A DNA stretch of 27,164 nt from Syntrophales bacterium (lineage in GTDB: Bacteria > Desulfobacterota > Syntrophia > Syntrophales > UBA4778), in contig CAXXQE010000006.1 of assembly GCA_963665615.2 (NCBI GenBank), positions 558,001 to 585,164 of the forward strand, given 5' to 3'. The first letter of the stretch is position 1; the number at the start of each line of letters is the position of its first letter. The notes under the pieces were generated by a model, which did not search any database, was not told the origin of the DNA, and saw nothing but the letters and a program-made list of their open reading frames with translations. Shown here piece by piece: positions 1 to 9,389 of the stretch. A program made the position numbers and the translations under genes.

Positions 1-501
1 ACCCTGAAATCCACGCGCCGCACCGAACGCGAAGAAGGAACAGTTTACTTTAAAAAGTCAAAAAAAATGCTCTGGAATTATACGAAGCCGCAGTCCAAAA
101 AACTCATCCTCAATCCCAAAACGGCCTGGCTCTATGTCGCGGAAGACAATATCGTCTATGTGCAGGACAGCGAGAAACTCTTTACCTCAGGACAGGCTAT
201 CCGCTTTCTCGCCGGCATTGGACATCTCAAAGATGAGTTTACTATCTCCTACGCCAACCCTGCAAAGGATCGAAACGGAAACTACCTGCTGGAACTGATT
301 CCCAAGGGTGAAGCCGGGTTGCGGAAACTGCTGGTGACAATCGAAAAGGACACCTTTGCGATTGCGCGATGCACCTTCAACGATGCGCTGGGCAACACGA
401 CGGATCTGAGTTTTCAGGACATGAAGATCAACAACGCCCTGTCCGATTCGCTCTTTACCTTCAAGATCCCGGCAGGGGTGACGGTTCAAAAGATAGAGTG
501 A
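1..501 (+). CDS. lolA: Outer-membrane lipoprotein carrier protein LolA family (5' end outside window)
   Basis: Frame is open from base 1 (TLKSTRRTEREEGTVYFKKSKKMLWNYTKP...). It has the G-x-V-Y-F-K-K...MxWxY pattern and the C-terminal 'DALGNTTDLSF...INxxLSDSLFTFKIPAGVTV' typical of LolA. Confidence 0.85.
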   Translation, partial: TLKSTRRTEREEGTVYFKKSKKMLWNYTKPQSKKLILNPKTAWLYVAEDNIVYVQDSEKLFTSGQAIRFLAGIGHLKDEFTISYANPAKDRNGNYLLELIPKGEAGLRKLLVTIEKDTFAIARCTFNDALGNTTDLSFQDMKINNALSDSLFTFKIPAGVTVQKIE

Positions 502-533
502 ATAGTGAATAGTAAACAGTGAACAGTAAATAG
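498..533 (+). repeat. Heptamer tandem repeat GTRAAYA x5
   Basis: GTGAATA GTGAATA GTAAACA GTGAACA GTAAATA, overlapping the lolA stop codon. Confidence 0.85.
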
Positions 534-569
534 CGACGAGGGGGCCTTCTCGTAACTAATTGCAATACG

Positions 570-641
570 TGTCATTCCCGCGCAGGCGGGAATCCAGTCA
601 GTTATAAAAAGACCTGGATGCCCGCTCCCGCGGGAATGACA
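570..641. repeat. REP-like palindromic element (dRS3/RPE-like, GTCATTCCCGC...GCGGGAATGAC)
   Basis: GTCATTCCCGCGCAGGCGGGAATCCAG (571-597) and its imperfect inverted copy CTGGATGCCCGCTCCCGCGGGAATGAC (614-640). The left arm contains ATTCCC-N8-GGGAAT. Confidence 0.85.
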
Positions 642-660
642 AGAAAACGAAGGTTATTTG

Positions 661-876
661 ATGTCTGACTTTGGAAAGATGCTGATTCTGCTGGGCGCGG
701 TCGTGGCCCTGGCGGGGCTGGTTCTGGTCTATGCCGGAAAGATCCCGTGGCTGGGCCGGCTCCCCGGCGATATCCTCTACAAAGGCAAAAATGTCACCTT
801 CTTTTTCCCCATCACCACCAGCATTCTGATCAGTCTTGTAATCAGCATGATCCTCTACTTCCTCCCCAAAAAGTAG
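661..876 (+). CDS. Small membrane protein, DUF2905 family
   Basis: Two hydrophobic helices around 'PWLGRLPGDI' and 'FFFPITTSILIS', the characteristic DUF2905 motifs. ATG at 661 follows GAAGG. Confidence 0.85.
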   Translation: MSDFGKMLILLGAVVALAGLVLVYAGKIPWLGRLPGDILYKGKNVTFFFPITTSILISLVISMILYFLPKK

Positions 877-887
877 TCAAACAGCGC

Positions 888-975
888 GTCATTGCGAGCG
901 AAGCGAAGCAATCTGACTCATGGGATTATGAGATTGCTTTGCCCCCGACAAGTACTTCGGGGCAAGCGCAATGAC
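888..975. repeat. REP/RPE-like palindromic element (GTCATTGCGAG...GCAATGAC type)
   Basis: GTCATTGCGAGCGAAGCGAAGCAATC ... GAGATTGCTT ... GCGCAATGAC with an internal hairpin TTGCCCCCGA/TCGGGGCAA. Lies between convergent genes. Confidence 0.8.
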
Positions 976-998
976 AAAGATATGGCTTTGGGGGAACG

Positions 999-1991
999 TC
1001 ACTCATTGAACCGGAAGGGCCTGCCTTTACTGAAGTCGGGCGTCAAGGCGACCTCATCAACCTCTTGAGCGAATATCGTTTCAAAACCAAGGTCAAGCGC
1101 ATAGTCAATCACAGCGTCGTATTCCTCTTTGCTTACCCGCTTATTCAGCAATGGATGGTTTCGCACGGCCTCCGTCGGCGTATATTGCGACATGATGCTG
1201 ACCGGCACGTTCACGGAAATTTCGTCACGGATGAGTCTCAGGGCCTCGAAGCTGCACTGGATGCATCCCGGCAAAACCAGATGACGGATGATGACCCCGC
1301 GAACGGCGATATCATCCGGTGCAACGAGATCTTCGCCGCACTGCCGGATCATCTCCCGGATCGACGCAACTGCATGGGGCGCGTAATCGCGTACGCCCGA
1401 GAATTCATCGGCGGCGGCGTCATTGCCATACTTGAAGTCCGGCAGATAGATATCGACGATTCCGTCCAGCGCCCGAACGATTTCCGCACTTTCGTAGCCG
1501 CCGCAGTTGTAGACAATCGGCAGATCGAGCCCCTGCCCGAAGGCCAGCGACAGCGCCTCCAGAAAAAAGGGGAGTTGCGGCGTCGGCGTCACGGCTTCGA
1601 TGTTGTGGCAGCCTTGCGCTTGCAGCTTCAGCATCTCCTCGGCCAGTTCGCGGGACTTAAGCGCCCTGCCCTGCATGTCGTGACTGATCTGGTAATTCTG
1701 GCAGAAGACACAGCGGAGATTGCAGGAAGAAAAGAAAATCGTCCCGGCCCCGCGCTCGCCAGAGATGGACGGCTCTTCGCCGAAATGGGGAAGGACGTGA
1801 CTCACGACAAGCCGGTCGCCCAGTCCGCAGACACCGATCTCGCCTCGGAGGCGGTTGATTCCGCATCTTCGAGGACACAGGACGCACGCCGCCATCCCGC
1901 GCATCAGCTTATCCGCCCGCGATGCGCAAAGCCTCGCGAGGGCCTGAGGATCGCGTGTGTTGAACATTGTTGGCGTTTGTAATTCTGTCAT
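999..1991 (-). CDS. Radical SAM protein, PflX-like (pyruvate formate-lyase activating enzyme-related, function unknown)
   Basis: N-terminal CxLCPRxC, HFGEEP, radical SAM motif CNLRCVFCQN, YLPDFKY and RHLVLPG. Confidence 0.85.
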   Translation of the reverse strand: MTELQTPTMFNTRDPQALARLCASRADKLMRGMAACVLCPRRCGINRLRGEIGVCGLGDRLVVSHVLPHFGEEPSISGERGAGTIFFSSCNLRCVFCQNYQISHDMQGRALKSRELAEEMLKLQAQGCHNIEAVTPTPQLPFFLEALSLAFGQGLDLPIVYNCGGYESAEIVRALDGIVDIYLPDFKYGNDAAADEFSGVRDYAPHAVASIREMIRQCGEDLVAPDDIAVRGVIIRHLVLPGCIQCSFEALRLIRDEISVNVPVSIMSQYTPTEAVRNHPLLNKRVSKEEYDAVIDYALDLGFETIFAQEVDEVALTPDFSKGRPFRFNE

Positions 1992-2112
1992 GGTTATCAG
2001 ACCGGGTTACTCCGCCGATCGTATGTTCGCTTCTTGCCTACAGCGCAAAACATCTCGGAACATTTCACTTTTGAGAAGTTAAAACTCGTGATATTTTTAC
2101 ACACTGAAAGGA

Positions 2113-2283
2113 ATGAATACTTTGGAACCTAAAGCAGGTGAACGCATAACAACTGTGTACTTTACCGACGACACCATCAGCGTTGATCTTTTTGACGGCC
2201 GAACAATTACGGTTCCATTAACCTGATACCCGCGCCTGCTGCATGCAACCAAGGAACAAAGAGCAAACTGGGAAATTGGATGA
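2113..2283 (+). pseudogene. DUF2442-family gene remnant (in-frame TGA at 2224-2226, 3' truncated)
   Basis: Manual translation: MNTLEPKAGERITTVYFTDDTISVDLFDGRTITVPLT*YPRLLHATKEQRANWEIG*. This matches the DUF2442 pattern DGRxIxVPLxWYPRLxxATxEQRxNW with W replaced by a stop, and lacks the IHWPxxDED tail. Confidence 0.8.
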
Positions 2284-2303
2284 GCCTTTTTCAACAGCCT
2301 GCT
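2278..2303 (-). repeat. Partial end of a GCAGGCTGTTGAAAAA-type palindromic/MITE-like element
   Basis: Minus strand reads AGCAGGCTGTTGAAAAAGGCTCATCC, similar to the starts of the elements at 3481 and 25962. Confidence 0.65.
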
Positions 2304-3367
2304 CAGAGCGGTCGAACAACCTCGGGCAGGCGGCCGCTTTCGACTACGTCGAGGAACTGTTCGCCAAAGGAGGCGCAGTCTGCCACGGTCTGCCGCCACG
2401 CGGCCATGCGCTCCGCAGGCTGGTCCAGGAAGGTTACGAAATCCTCACGGTCCGGCACCCTGCCGTTTGGCAGTCCCTTGACGAAGGCCTTCGTCGGATA
2501 GACCATCAGGAGATTGTCCAGCATCTCGCCTGTGATCCTGCGCGACTTGAACCGCTTATCGAGCCAGCCGGGGATGATCTTTCCCTGGTGATGGAACATC
2601 AGGGTCACATCGTCGTCCTTGCCCGCATACTCGTGATTCAGATGGTAATCGAAGATTCCGCCATCGCGATAGATGCCGTTCGGACCGCCGAAGATGTCCC
2701 TGACCCCGGAAACAAGCAGGGGGATCGCCCCGGAGGCGATCACGGCGTCCTTGAAATTCGCCGCATTCAAGCGGATGGCCTTTCCACGAAAATCGCTGCG
2801 CAGGCAGAACTTAGGCGGCAGCGGCGCGCAGTAAAACACCACTCGTTCAAAAAAACGATGAAGAAGCGCCGGGCTCATGGCATTGGCCACAAAAGCGCCC
2901 GCAAGGCCCAGCTTCTGGATGACATACGATCCGGATGCCGCCAGATGGCGGGCGCGCGCCGTCGTAATCGCCAAGCGGTATTTCTTGTTGGCGAGTGCAA
3001 ACGGCAGGGCATCGCTATCGATGTAGGCGTCGACCGCCTGTCCGATTGCCTGCAAAATCTGAGCGGGGGTATCCTTGCGACCATAGGAAAGTTCAATATA
3101 GGCATCGATCAGGCGGCGATAGCTCTTCTCCGGCTCCGGCTGCAACCACGCCGCAAAACGCCAGGCCCCTGCCGACACGCCCGCCAGAAGAACCGGCTTG
3201 GTTTTGCCGAGCACGCCACGTTCCATAAGGGTCAGATCGAAGCCGCTGGCGATGAGCCACCGCGGACCGACCGCCGGGCCTACATACGTTGAAATCCGAT
3301 CGAAATTGAATTTTCCGTCCTTGATCATCTCGAGGACTTTTTTGCCGGCCCTGATGCGCAGATCCAT
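2303..3367 (-). CDS. Patatin-like phospholipase/esterase family protein
   Basis: GVSAG nucleophile elbow (GxSxG), ASGAIP and catalytic DGG motif. Start chosen at ATG 3367 (MDLRIRAGKK) because the ORF extension to 3589 runs through promoter and repeat DNA. Confidence 0.8.
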   Translation of the reverse strand: MDLRIRAGKKVLEMIKDGKFNFDRISTYVGPAVGPRWLIASGFDLTLMERGVLGKTKPVLLAGVSAGAWRFAAWLQPEPEKSYRRLIDAYIELSYGRKDTPAQILQAIGQAVDAYIDSDALPFALANKKYRLAITTARARHLAASGSYVIQKLGLAGAFVANAMSPALLHRFFERVVFYCAPLPPKFCLRSDFRGKAIRLNAANFKDAVIASGAIPLLVSGVRDIFGGPNGIYRDGGIFDYHLNHEYAGKDDDVTLMFHHQGKIIPGWLDKRFKSRRITGEMLDNLLMVYPTKAFVKGLPNGRVPDREDFVTFLDQPAERMAAWRQTVADCASFGEQFLDVVESGRLPEVVRPL

Positions 3368-3445
3368 AGTCGTCCGTGTGAATTGGGATAGATTATTTAA
3401 TCTAACAAACCTGTTCCCACAGGGCAACAGAAACCTTCCTTTTCC

Positions 3446-3474
3446 TTGACACCTAACGGCACCTTTTGTAAATT
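3446..3474 (+). promoter_or_regulatory. Putative sigma70 promoter for proA-nadD
   Basis: TTGACA (3446-3451), 17 bp spacer, TAAATT (3469-3474). Confidence 0.6.
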
Positions 3475-3480
3475 GGGTAA

Positions 3481-3584
3481 CCGGCTGTTTTAAAAGGCTC
3501 ATATGCGGCGTTACACTCAGGATTTCCCCGATGATCGCCTCGGGGCAAACGCTTTTTGGCTCTAAACCTTTTAAAGCAACCTGC
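3481..3584 (+). repeat. Degenerate GGCTGTT..AAAAGG-type palindromic/MITE-like element in the proA leader
   Basis: CCGGCTGTTTTAAAAGGCTCATATGCGGCGTT ... CCTTTTAAAGCAACCTGC has imperfect terminal inverted repeats and an inner CCCCGA/TCGGGG stem. Confidence 0.6.
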
Positions 3585-3620
3585 CCCAATTGGGCATATC
3601 CTCATTAACAAGGGATAATT

Positions 3621-4877
3621 ATGAATATCAAAACCCACATTATTCAGATGGCGCAAGATGCCAAGCAGGCATCGAATCTTCTGGCGAAAACGCCCACGAC
3701 TGTCAAAGACGCCGTGCTGCGCGACATGGCCGAGGCAATTCTGGCCAACGCGGAGACGCTGATCGCGGAAAACAAGAAGGACGTCGAGCTGGCCAAAACA
3801 CAGGGGCTGTCCGGGGCCATGATCGACCGGCTGACGCTCAAGGAGGCCACGATTAAATCCATGGCCAACAGCCTGCTGGAGGTGGCCGCACTGCCCGATC
3901 CGGTCGGGAGAGTGACGTCTATGTGGCGCCGTCCTAACGGCCTTCAGGTGGGCAAGATGCGCATTCCGCTCGGCGTCATCGGGTTCATCTATGAATCGCG
4001 GCCCAACGTGACCACCGATGCCGCTGGGCTATGCCTCAAATCCGGAAACGCCGTCATTCTGCGTGGCGGTTCGGAGGCCATCCACTCCAACCGCGCCATT
4101 GCAGGACTCCTTCAGGCGTGTTTGAAGAAGGCCAATCTTGCCGAGGCCGCCATTCAACTCGTTCCCTTTACCGACCGCGAAGCCGTGTCCGTCCTGCTGG
4201 AGCAGGAGGAATCCATCGACCTGATTATCCCCCGGGGCGGCGAGGAACTCATCCGCGCCGTGGTCCGTCAGTCGCGCATCCCCGTCATCAAGCACTACAA
4301 GGGCGTCTGTCACGTCTTTGTCGATTCAAGTGCGGACGTGGACATGGCGGTCGAAATCGCCGTCAATGCCAAGGTTCAGCGCCCTGGTGTCTGCAACGCC
4401 ATGGAGACCCTGCTTATCCACAAGGACATCGCGGCGGCCTTCCTGCCCCGCATCGCCGAAGCGTATCAGGAGGCCGGCGTTACGATGAAGGGTTGCGCAA
4501 AAACCTGCGCCATCCTTCCCGGCATTGCAGCTGCCGAGGAAGAGGACTGGGGCTGGGAATACCTGGATCTCATTCTGTCTGTCCGGGTTGTCAACGATCT
4601 TGACGAGGCGATCGCTCACATCGAACGTTACGGTTCACTCCACACCGAAGCGATCGTCACGAGGGATTACGCCAATTCGCAACGTTTTCTGAACGAGGTT
4701 AATTCTTCAACCGTCCTCGTCAACGCCTCCACGCGCTTCAGCGACGGTTTTGAACTGGGGCTGGGCGCCGAAATCGGCATCAGCACGACGAAGTTGCACG
4801 CCTTCGGCCCCATGGGTCTGGAGGAGCTGACAACGACCAAATTCATCATTTACGGAAACGGACAAATCAGGAAATGA
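3621..4877 (+). CDS. proA: Gamma-glutamyl phosphate reductase
   Basis: [60 protein letters not shown] and [12 protein letters not shown] motifs. Confidence 0.98.
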   Translation: MNIKTHIIQMAQDAKQASNLLAKTPTTVKDAVLRDMAEAILANAETLIAENKKDVELAKTQGLSGAMIDRLTLKEATIKSMANSLLEVAALPDPVGRVTSMWRRPNGLQVGKMRIPLGVIGFIYESRPNVTTDAAGLCLKSGNAVILRGGSEAIHSNRAIAGLLQACLKKANLAEAAIQLVPFTDREAVSVLLEQEESIDLIIPRGGEELIRAVVRQSRIPVIKHYKGVCHVFVDSSADVDMAVEIAVNAKVQRPGVCNAMETLLIHKDIAAAFLPRIAEAYQEAGVTMKGCAKTCAILPGIAAAEEEDWGWEYLDLILSVRVVNDLDEAIAHIERYGSLHTEAIVTRDYANSQRFLNEVNSSTVLVNASTRFSDGFELGLGAEIGISTTKLHAFGPMGLEELTTTKFIIYGNGQIRK

Positions 4878-5530
4878 AATACGGCTTGTTCGGAGGCGCC
4901 TTCGATCCGGTGCATTTCGGCCATCTGCGCTGCGCGCAGGACATCCTGGAGATGCTCCGGCTTGACCGGATCTGCTTCATGCCCGCCGCCCGTCCGCCCC
5001 TCAAACAGAGCGCCGATATGGTCTCTTTTGAAGACCGCTTTCGGATGGTCGAACTCGCCATCGCCGGCAACGACGCCTTCGAAGCCAGCGACCTGGAAAA
5101 TCGCCGCCCAGGCCTTTCCTACACCATCGATACGGTCAGGGAACTTCTGCAGGAAAAAGGACCGAATCTGTATAACATCATCGGCCAGGACGCCTTCGCC
5201 GACATCCGGAAATGGAAGCATTGGGACATACTGTTAGCGAGTTGCCACTTTGTCGTCATGACCCGCCCCGGATACAACGCGGGGGCGCTGGAACCGGCGC
5301 TGCCTTCCGGTTTCGCAGGGCGATATCGCTACGACGCGTCTGAAGACGCCTTCCTCGGCCCGGAAGGAAAGGCCATCCTCTTCCGCGACGTGACCTTCCT
5401 GGACATCTCCTCAACCGATATTCGCAACCGCCTCCGCAACGGGCAGTCTGTGCGCTATCTTCTCCCCGACGCGGTTAGAACGTATATCGCCGAAGCAAAA
5501 CTCTACGCCCCGAAGACTGATCCGTCCTAA
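4874..5530 (+). CDS. nadD: Nicotinate-nucleotide adenylyltransferase
   Basis: [14 protein letters not shown] (HxGH), SYTIDT, IIGQD and ISSTDIR. ATGA overlap with proA. Confidence 0.96.
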   Translation: MKYGLFGGAFDPVHFGHLRCAQDILEMLRLDRICFMPAARPPLKQSADMVSFEDRFRMVELAIAGNDAFEASDLENRRPGLSYTIDTVRELLQEKGPNLYNIIGQDAFADIRKWKHWDILLASCHFVVMTRPGYNAGALEPALPSGFAGRYRYDASEDAFLGPEGKAILFRDVTFLDISSTDIRNRLRNGQSVRYLLPDAVRTYIAEAKLYAPKTDPS

Positions 5531-5568
5531 AAATTGGAAGAAAAAACCGGGCAGACCAAGTAGAGGAT

Positions 5569-8388
5569 CTAACCGGTCGACCTCAATGCCTCTCGCAGAT
5601 AGCGCCCCGTGAGCGATTCCTCGTTAGCGGCGATCTCTTCAGGCGTTCCCGAGGCGACGATGCGGCCGCCGCCGTCGCCCCCTTCCGGTCCCATGTCGAT
5701 GACGTAATCAGCACTCTTGATAACATCGAGGTTATGCTCGATCACCACGACGGTGTTGCCCTTCTCGACGAGCTGCGCGAGCACATCCGTCAGATTGTGG
5801 ATATCGGCGAAGTGAAGACCGATCGTCGGTTCATCGAGAATGTAGAGGGTATCCCCCCGGCCCTGCTTGCCCAGCTCACGCGCCAGCTTGATTCGCTGGG
5901 CCTCGCCGCCGGAAAGGGTCGTCGCAGACTGGCCGAGCTTGATATAGCCGAGCCCGACATCGTAGAGAAGCTGAAGGCGCGCCTTGATCATCGGCACGCT
6001 GTCGAAAAAGGGCAGCGCCTGGTTGACGGTCATGTCCAGCACGTCCGCAATGCTCTTGCCCTTGTACTGAACCTCCAGAGTGTCACGATTGAACCGCTGG
6101 CCATGGCAGGTGTCGCAGGTGATATAGACGTCGGGCAGAAAGTGCATTTCGATTTTGATGAGTCCGTCGCCCTTGCACGCCTCGCAGCGGCCGCCCTTGA
6201 CGTTGAAGCTGAAACGCCCCGACTTGTAGCCACGAACACGCGATTCAGGAAGCTGTGTAAAGAGATCGCGAATGAAGTTGAAGATCCCTGTATAAGTGAC
6301 GGGATTTGAGCGGGGTGTGCGGCCGATCGGCTGCTGGTCCATGACGATGACCCGCTCAATGCCGCCCAGATCGCGGATCTGACGGACCTTCCCAGCCCGC
6401 CCCTTGTAGCGGTAGAGTCTTCGGGCAAAGACCTTGTAAAGGGTTTCGATCACCAGCGTGCTCTTCCCGGAACCGGAAACGCCTGTAACGCAGGTGAAGA
6501 GTCCCAAAGGAATCCGCAAATCAACGTCTTTCAAATTATTCTCGCTCGCCCCCTCGAAAACGATGAAGCGATCAGGAAGCGGCCGCCTTTTTTCTGGAAC
6601 CGGAATCGCGAGCCGTCCCGACAGGTAACCGCCTGTCAGTGACGCGCTGTCCTTGAGAATCTCGGCTGGCGTCCCCTGAAAGACAATCTCGCCGCCTTTG
6701 ACCCCCGCGCCGGGGCCCATATCGATGATGTGATCAGAGGCGAGCATCATGTCCGTGTCGTGTTCAACGACCAGGACAGTATTGCCCATGTCGCGCAGCC
6801 GGTTGAGTGTGGCGATCAGCCGGTTGCCGTCGCGCTGATGGAGCCCCACGGTGGGCTCGTCGAGTACATACAGCACGCCGACCAGCCCGGAGCCGATCTG
6901 GGTGGCCAGCCGGATGCGCTGCCACTCTCCGCCGGAAAGGGTGCTCGATGAACGGTCTAGGCTCAGGTAGTCCATGCCGACATCGAGCAGAAACCCGAGA
7001 CGCTGCCGAATCTCCTTGCGGATGCCCTGTGAAATCAGTCCTTCCTGAGGCGTCAGCGCAAGGGCGTTGAAGTAATCCATGCACTCGCGAATCGACATCC
7101 TGCACAAGTCATGAATCGTCCTGCCGTGAATTCGCACGGAAAGGCTCTCGCGCTTGAGCCGGGCGCCGCCACAGGTGGGGCATTCCCGGACGTTCATGTA
7201 GCGGCTCAGCTCCGAACGGATGTCGTTTGACGTCGTTTCCTTGTATCGCCGGTCCAGTGAGTTCAAAACCCCCTCAAAGTCCTTGCTGAAGAAGTGCCGA
7301 CGGCCATCCTTGTCGAAGTAAAACTTGATTTCTTCGCCGTTGGAGCCGTAAAGCAAGACCTGGCGAATCTCCGGCGCAAGCTGATTGAAGGGCACGTTGA
7401 TATTGAAACCGTAATGGGCCGAAAGGGATTCGAGCATCTGGTGGAAGTGCACGGACGTTCGCTTCTCCCACGGAACGATTGCCCCCTCACGGATCGACAG
7501 AGAGGGATCGGGTACGACGAGATCCTCATCGAAATAGATCCGCGTCCCCAGGCCGCTGCAATCCGGACACGCGCCATAGGGACTGTTGAAGGAAAACATC
7601 CGGGGGGAAAGCTCGGGAATACTGATGTTGCAGACGGGGCAGGCGTAACGTTCACTGAAAACCGTCTCCGCACCGTCTGCCATCGCAACCTTGACAAGAC
7701 CTTCGGAAAGCCCCAGGGCGATCTCGAGGGAATCGCGAAGGCGCTTGCGCACGCCCTCCTTCATGACGATCCGGTCAACGATCACGTCGATCGAGTGCTT
7801 CTTTTTTTTGTCCAGGACGATCTCTTCGCCGAGGTCTAAAACCTCACCGTCGATTCTTGCACGGACAAAGCCCCCTTTACGGAGTTTCTTCAGTTCCTTG
7901 GAAAACTCGCCCTTTTTCCCGGAGACGATCGGCGCCAAAATCGCAATGCGAGTGTTCTCCGGCAGAAAGAGGAGTTGATCGAGCATGCCGTCGATTGTCT
8001 GGGCCTTGATCTCGCGACTGCAGCGCCAGCAGTGGGGAATCCCGATCCTTGCGAAAAACAAGCGCAAGTAATCGTAAATTTCCGTGACTGTTCCAACCGT
8101 GGAGCGCGGGTTCTGATTCACCCCTCGCTGTTCGATGGCAATGGCGGGTGAGAGGCCTTCGATCGACTCGACATCCGGCTTGTCCATCTGGCCGATAAAC
8201 TGACGGGCGTAGGTTGAAAGGGACTCTACATAACGCCGCTGTCCCTCGGCAAAGATCGTATCGAAGGCCAAAGAGGATTTCCCGGAGCCGCTCACACCGG
8301 TAATGACGACAAGCCGTTCCCGAGGGATATCGACATCAATATTTTTCAGATTGTGATGAGATGCGCCTCTGACGCGGATATAATCCAT
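5569..8388 (-). CDS. uvrA: Excinuclease ABC subunit A
   Basis: Two Walker A motifs GVSGSGKS, two LSGGE signatures, CxxC zinc fingers and [11 protein letters not shown]. 939 aa. Confidence 0.99.
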   Translation of the reverse strand: MDYIRVRGASHHNLKNIDVDIPRERLVVITGVSGSGKSSLAFDTIFAEGQRRYVESLSTYARQFIGQMDKPDVESIEGLSPAIAIEQRGVNQNPRSTVGTVTEIYDYLRLFFARIGIPHCWRCSREIKAQTIDGMLDQLLFLPENTRIAILAPIVSGKKGEFSKELKKLRKGGFVRARIDGEVLDLGEEIVLDKKKKHSIDVIVDRIVMKEGVRKRLRDSLEIALGLSEGLVKVAMADGAETVFSERYACPVCNISIPELSPRMFSFNSPYGACPDCSGLGTRIYFDEDLVVPDPSLSIREGAIVPWEKRTSVHFHQMLESLSAHYGFNINVPFNQLAPEIRQVLLYGSNGEEIKFYFDKDGRRHFFSKDFEGVLNSLDRRYKETTSNDIRSELSRYMNVRECPTCGGARLKRESLSVRIHGRTIHDLCRMSIRECMDYFNALALTPQEGLISQGIRKEIRQRLGFLLDVGMDYLSLDRSSSTLSGGEWQRIRLATQIGSGLVGVLYVLDEPTVGLHQRDGNRLIATLNRLRDMGNTVLVVEHDTDMMLASDHIIDMGPGAGVKGGEIVFQGTPAEILKDSASLTGGYLSGRLAIPVPEKRRPLPDRFIVFEGASENNLKDVDLRIPLGLFTCVTGVSGSGKSTLVIETLYKVFARRLYRYKGRAGKVRQIRDLGGIERVIVMDQQPIGRTPRSNPVTYTGIFNFIRDLFTQLPESRVRGYKSGRFSFNVKGGRCEACKGDGLIKIEMHFLPDVYITCDTCHGQRFNRDTLEVQYKGKSIADVLDMTVNQALPFFDSVPMIKARLQLLYDVGLGYIKLGQSATTLSGGEAQRIKLARELGKQGRGDTLYILDEPTIGLHFADIHNLTDVLAQLVEKGNTVVVIEHNLDVIKSADYVIDMGPEGGDGGGRIVASGTPEEIAANEESLTGRYLREALRSTG

Positions 8389-8392
8389 AGGG

Positions 8393-9367
8393 TTACTTCA
8401 TCTTGATATCGATATAGGCCTTCTTCCGCAACTCGGCAACCCACTCCTCCATCTTCTCATTGGTCTTTGCTCTGAAAATCTCTTCTCTAATTTCATCACG
8501 GACCGCCGTCAGAGGTTTGAGCCCTGCCCCGCGCTTGTCGAGCACCTGGATGATGTGATAGCCAGCGCTCGTGGCGATCACGTCGCTAATCTCATCCACT
8601 TTGAGAGAAAAGGCGACCTGATCGACTTCCGGCATCATCACGCCTTTTTCGATGTATCCAGTGTCGTCGCCCGCCGAGCTCTGCGCGCCTCGCGCAACGG
8701 CTTCCTTCAGCACCTCTTCAAAGGGTGCCCCTCCCTTCCACTTGGCGGCGGCTGCCTCTGCCGACGCCAGCAGCGTCTGCCTCACCTCCGGCTTGGCCTC
8801 CCCCGGCAGCGCAAAGAGGATCTGGCGCATCCGCACGGCCTCCCTGCCCTCATAAGTATCGCGGTGCTTGGCGTAATACTCGCCAACCTCGTCATCACTG
8901 ATCGAGATCTTGGCATTGATCTCCCGCGCCGCAACACGCATCTTCATCATATGTTCTCTAACATTCTTCTTATACGTCTCGTAATCCCCCCCTTCCTGGA
9001 GCAGCACTTCCTTAAACCGATCCAAGGTCAGGTTTTCTCTCTTCAGCAACGCCTGGACACTGGCATTGACTTCCTCCTCCTGCACGACAATGCCTAACCG
9101 GGCAGCCTCCTGCACCAGAAGGGATTCATTGATCAATCTGTTGACCACCCCCTCCCTGGCCTCGCGGATCGCATTGGCTTTTTCTTCGTCACTGATCGTC
9201 TTGGGTAGACCCGCGATATACGCATCGAGCATCTGATTCACTTCGTAGTAGGTCACCACCTCACCATTGACGACTGCCGCAATCCCATCGACCATCGCCG
9301 CCCCCGCGGATGCAACAGGTCCCAGCACGCCTATCAAACATAGGACGATCCCTGCATAAAGCTTCAT
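8393..9367 (-). CDS. SurA-like periplasmic chaperone / parvulin PPIase
   Basis: Signal peptide, 'VDGIAAVVNGEVVT' SurA N-domain, and one rotamase domain (GDDTGY...F.LKVDEISDVIATSAGYHII). Start at ATG 9367; an upstream ATG exists at 9409. Confidence 0.88.
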   Translation of the reverse strand: MKLYAGIVLCLIGVLGPVASAGAAMVDGIAAVVNGEVVTYYEVNQMLDAYIAGLPKTISDEEKANAIREAREGVVNRLINESLLVQEAARLGIVVQEEEVNASVQALLKRENLTLDRFKEVLLQEGGDYETYKKNVREHMMKMRVAAREINAKISISDDEVGEYYAKHRDTYEGREAVRMRQILFALPGEAKPEVRQTLLASAEAAAAKWKGGAPFEEVLKEAVARGAQSSAGDDTGYIEKGVMMPEVDQVAFSLKVDEISDVIATSAGYHIIQVLDKRGAGLKPLTAVRDEIREEIFRAKTNEKMEEWVAELRKKAYIDIKMK

Positions 9368-9389
9368 AATTTTTCTCCCAAATCCCGTA

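Noticed and set aside
498..975. CRISPR array
   Set aside because: No regularly spaced identical repeats with unique spacers, and no cas genes.
2224..2226. In-frame TGA as selenocysteine or Trp recoding
   Set aside because: The position corresponds to a conserved Trp rather than Cys, TGA is a normal stop in other genes here, and the gene is also truncated.
1065..3292. Long plus-strand ORFs 1065-1982 and 2243-3292
   Set aside because: Antisense shadows of the radical SAM and patatin genes with no recognisable motifs; expected in GC-rich DNA.
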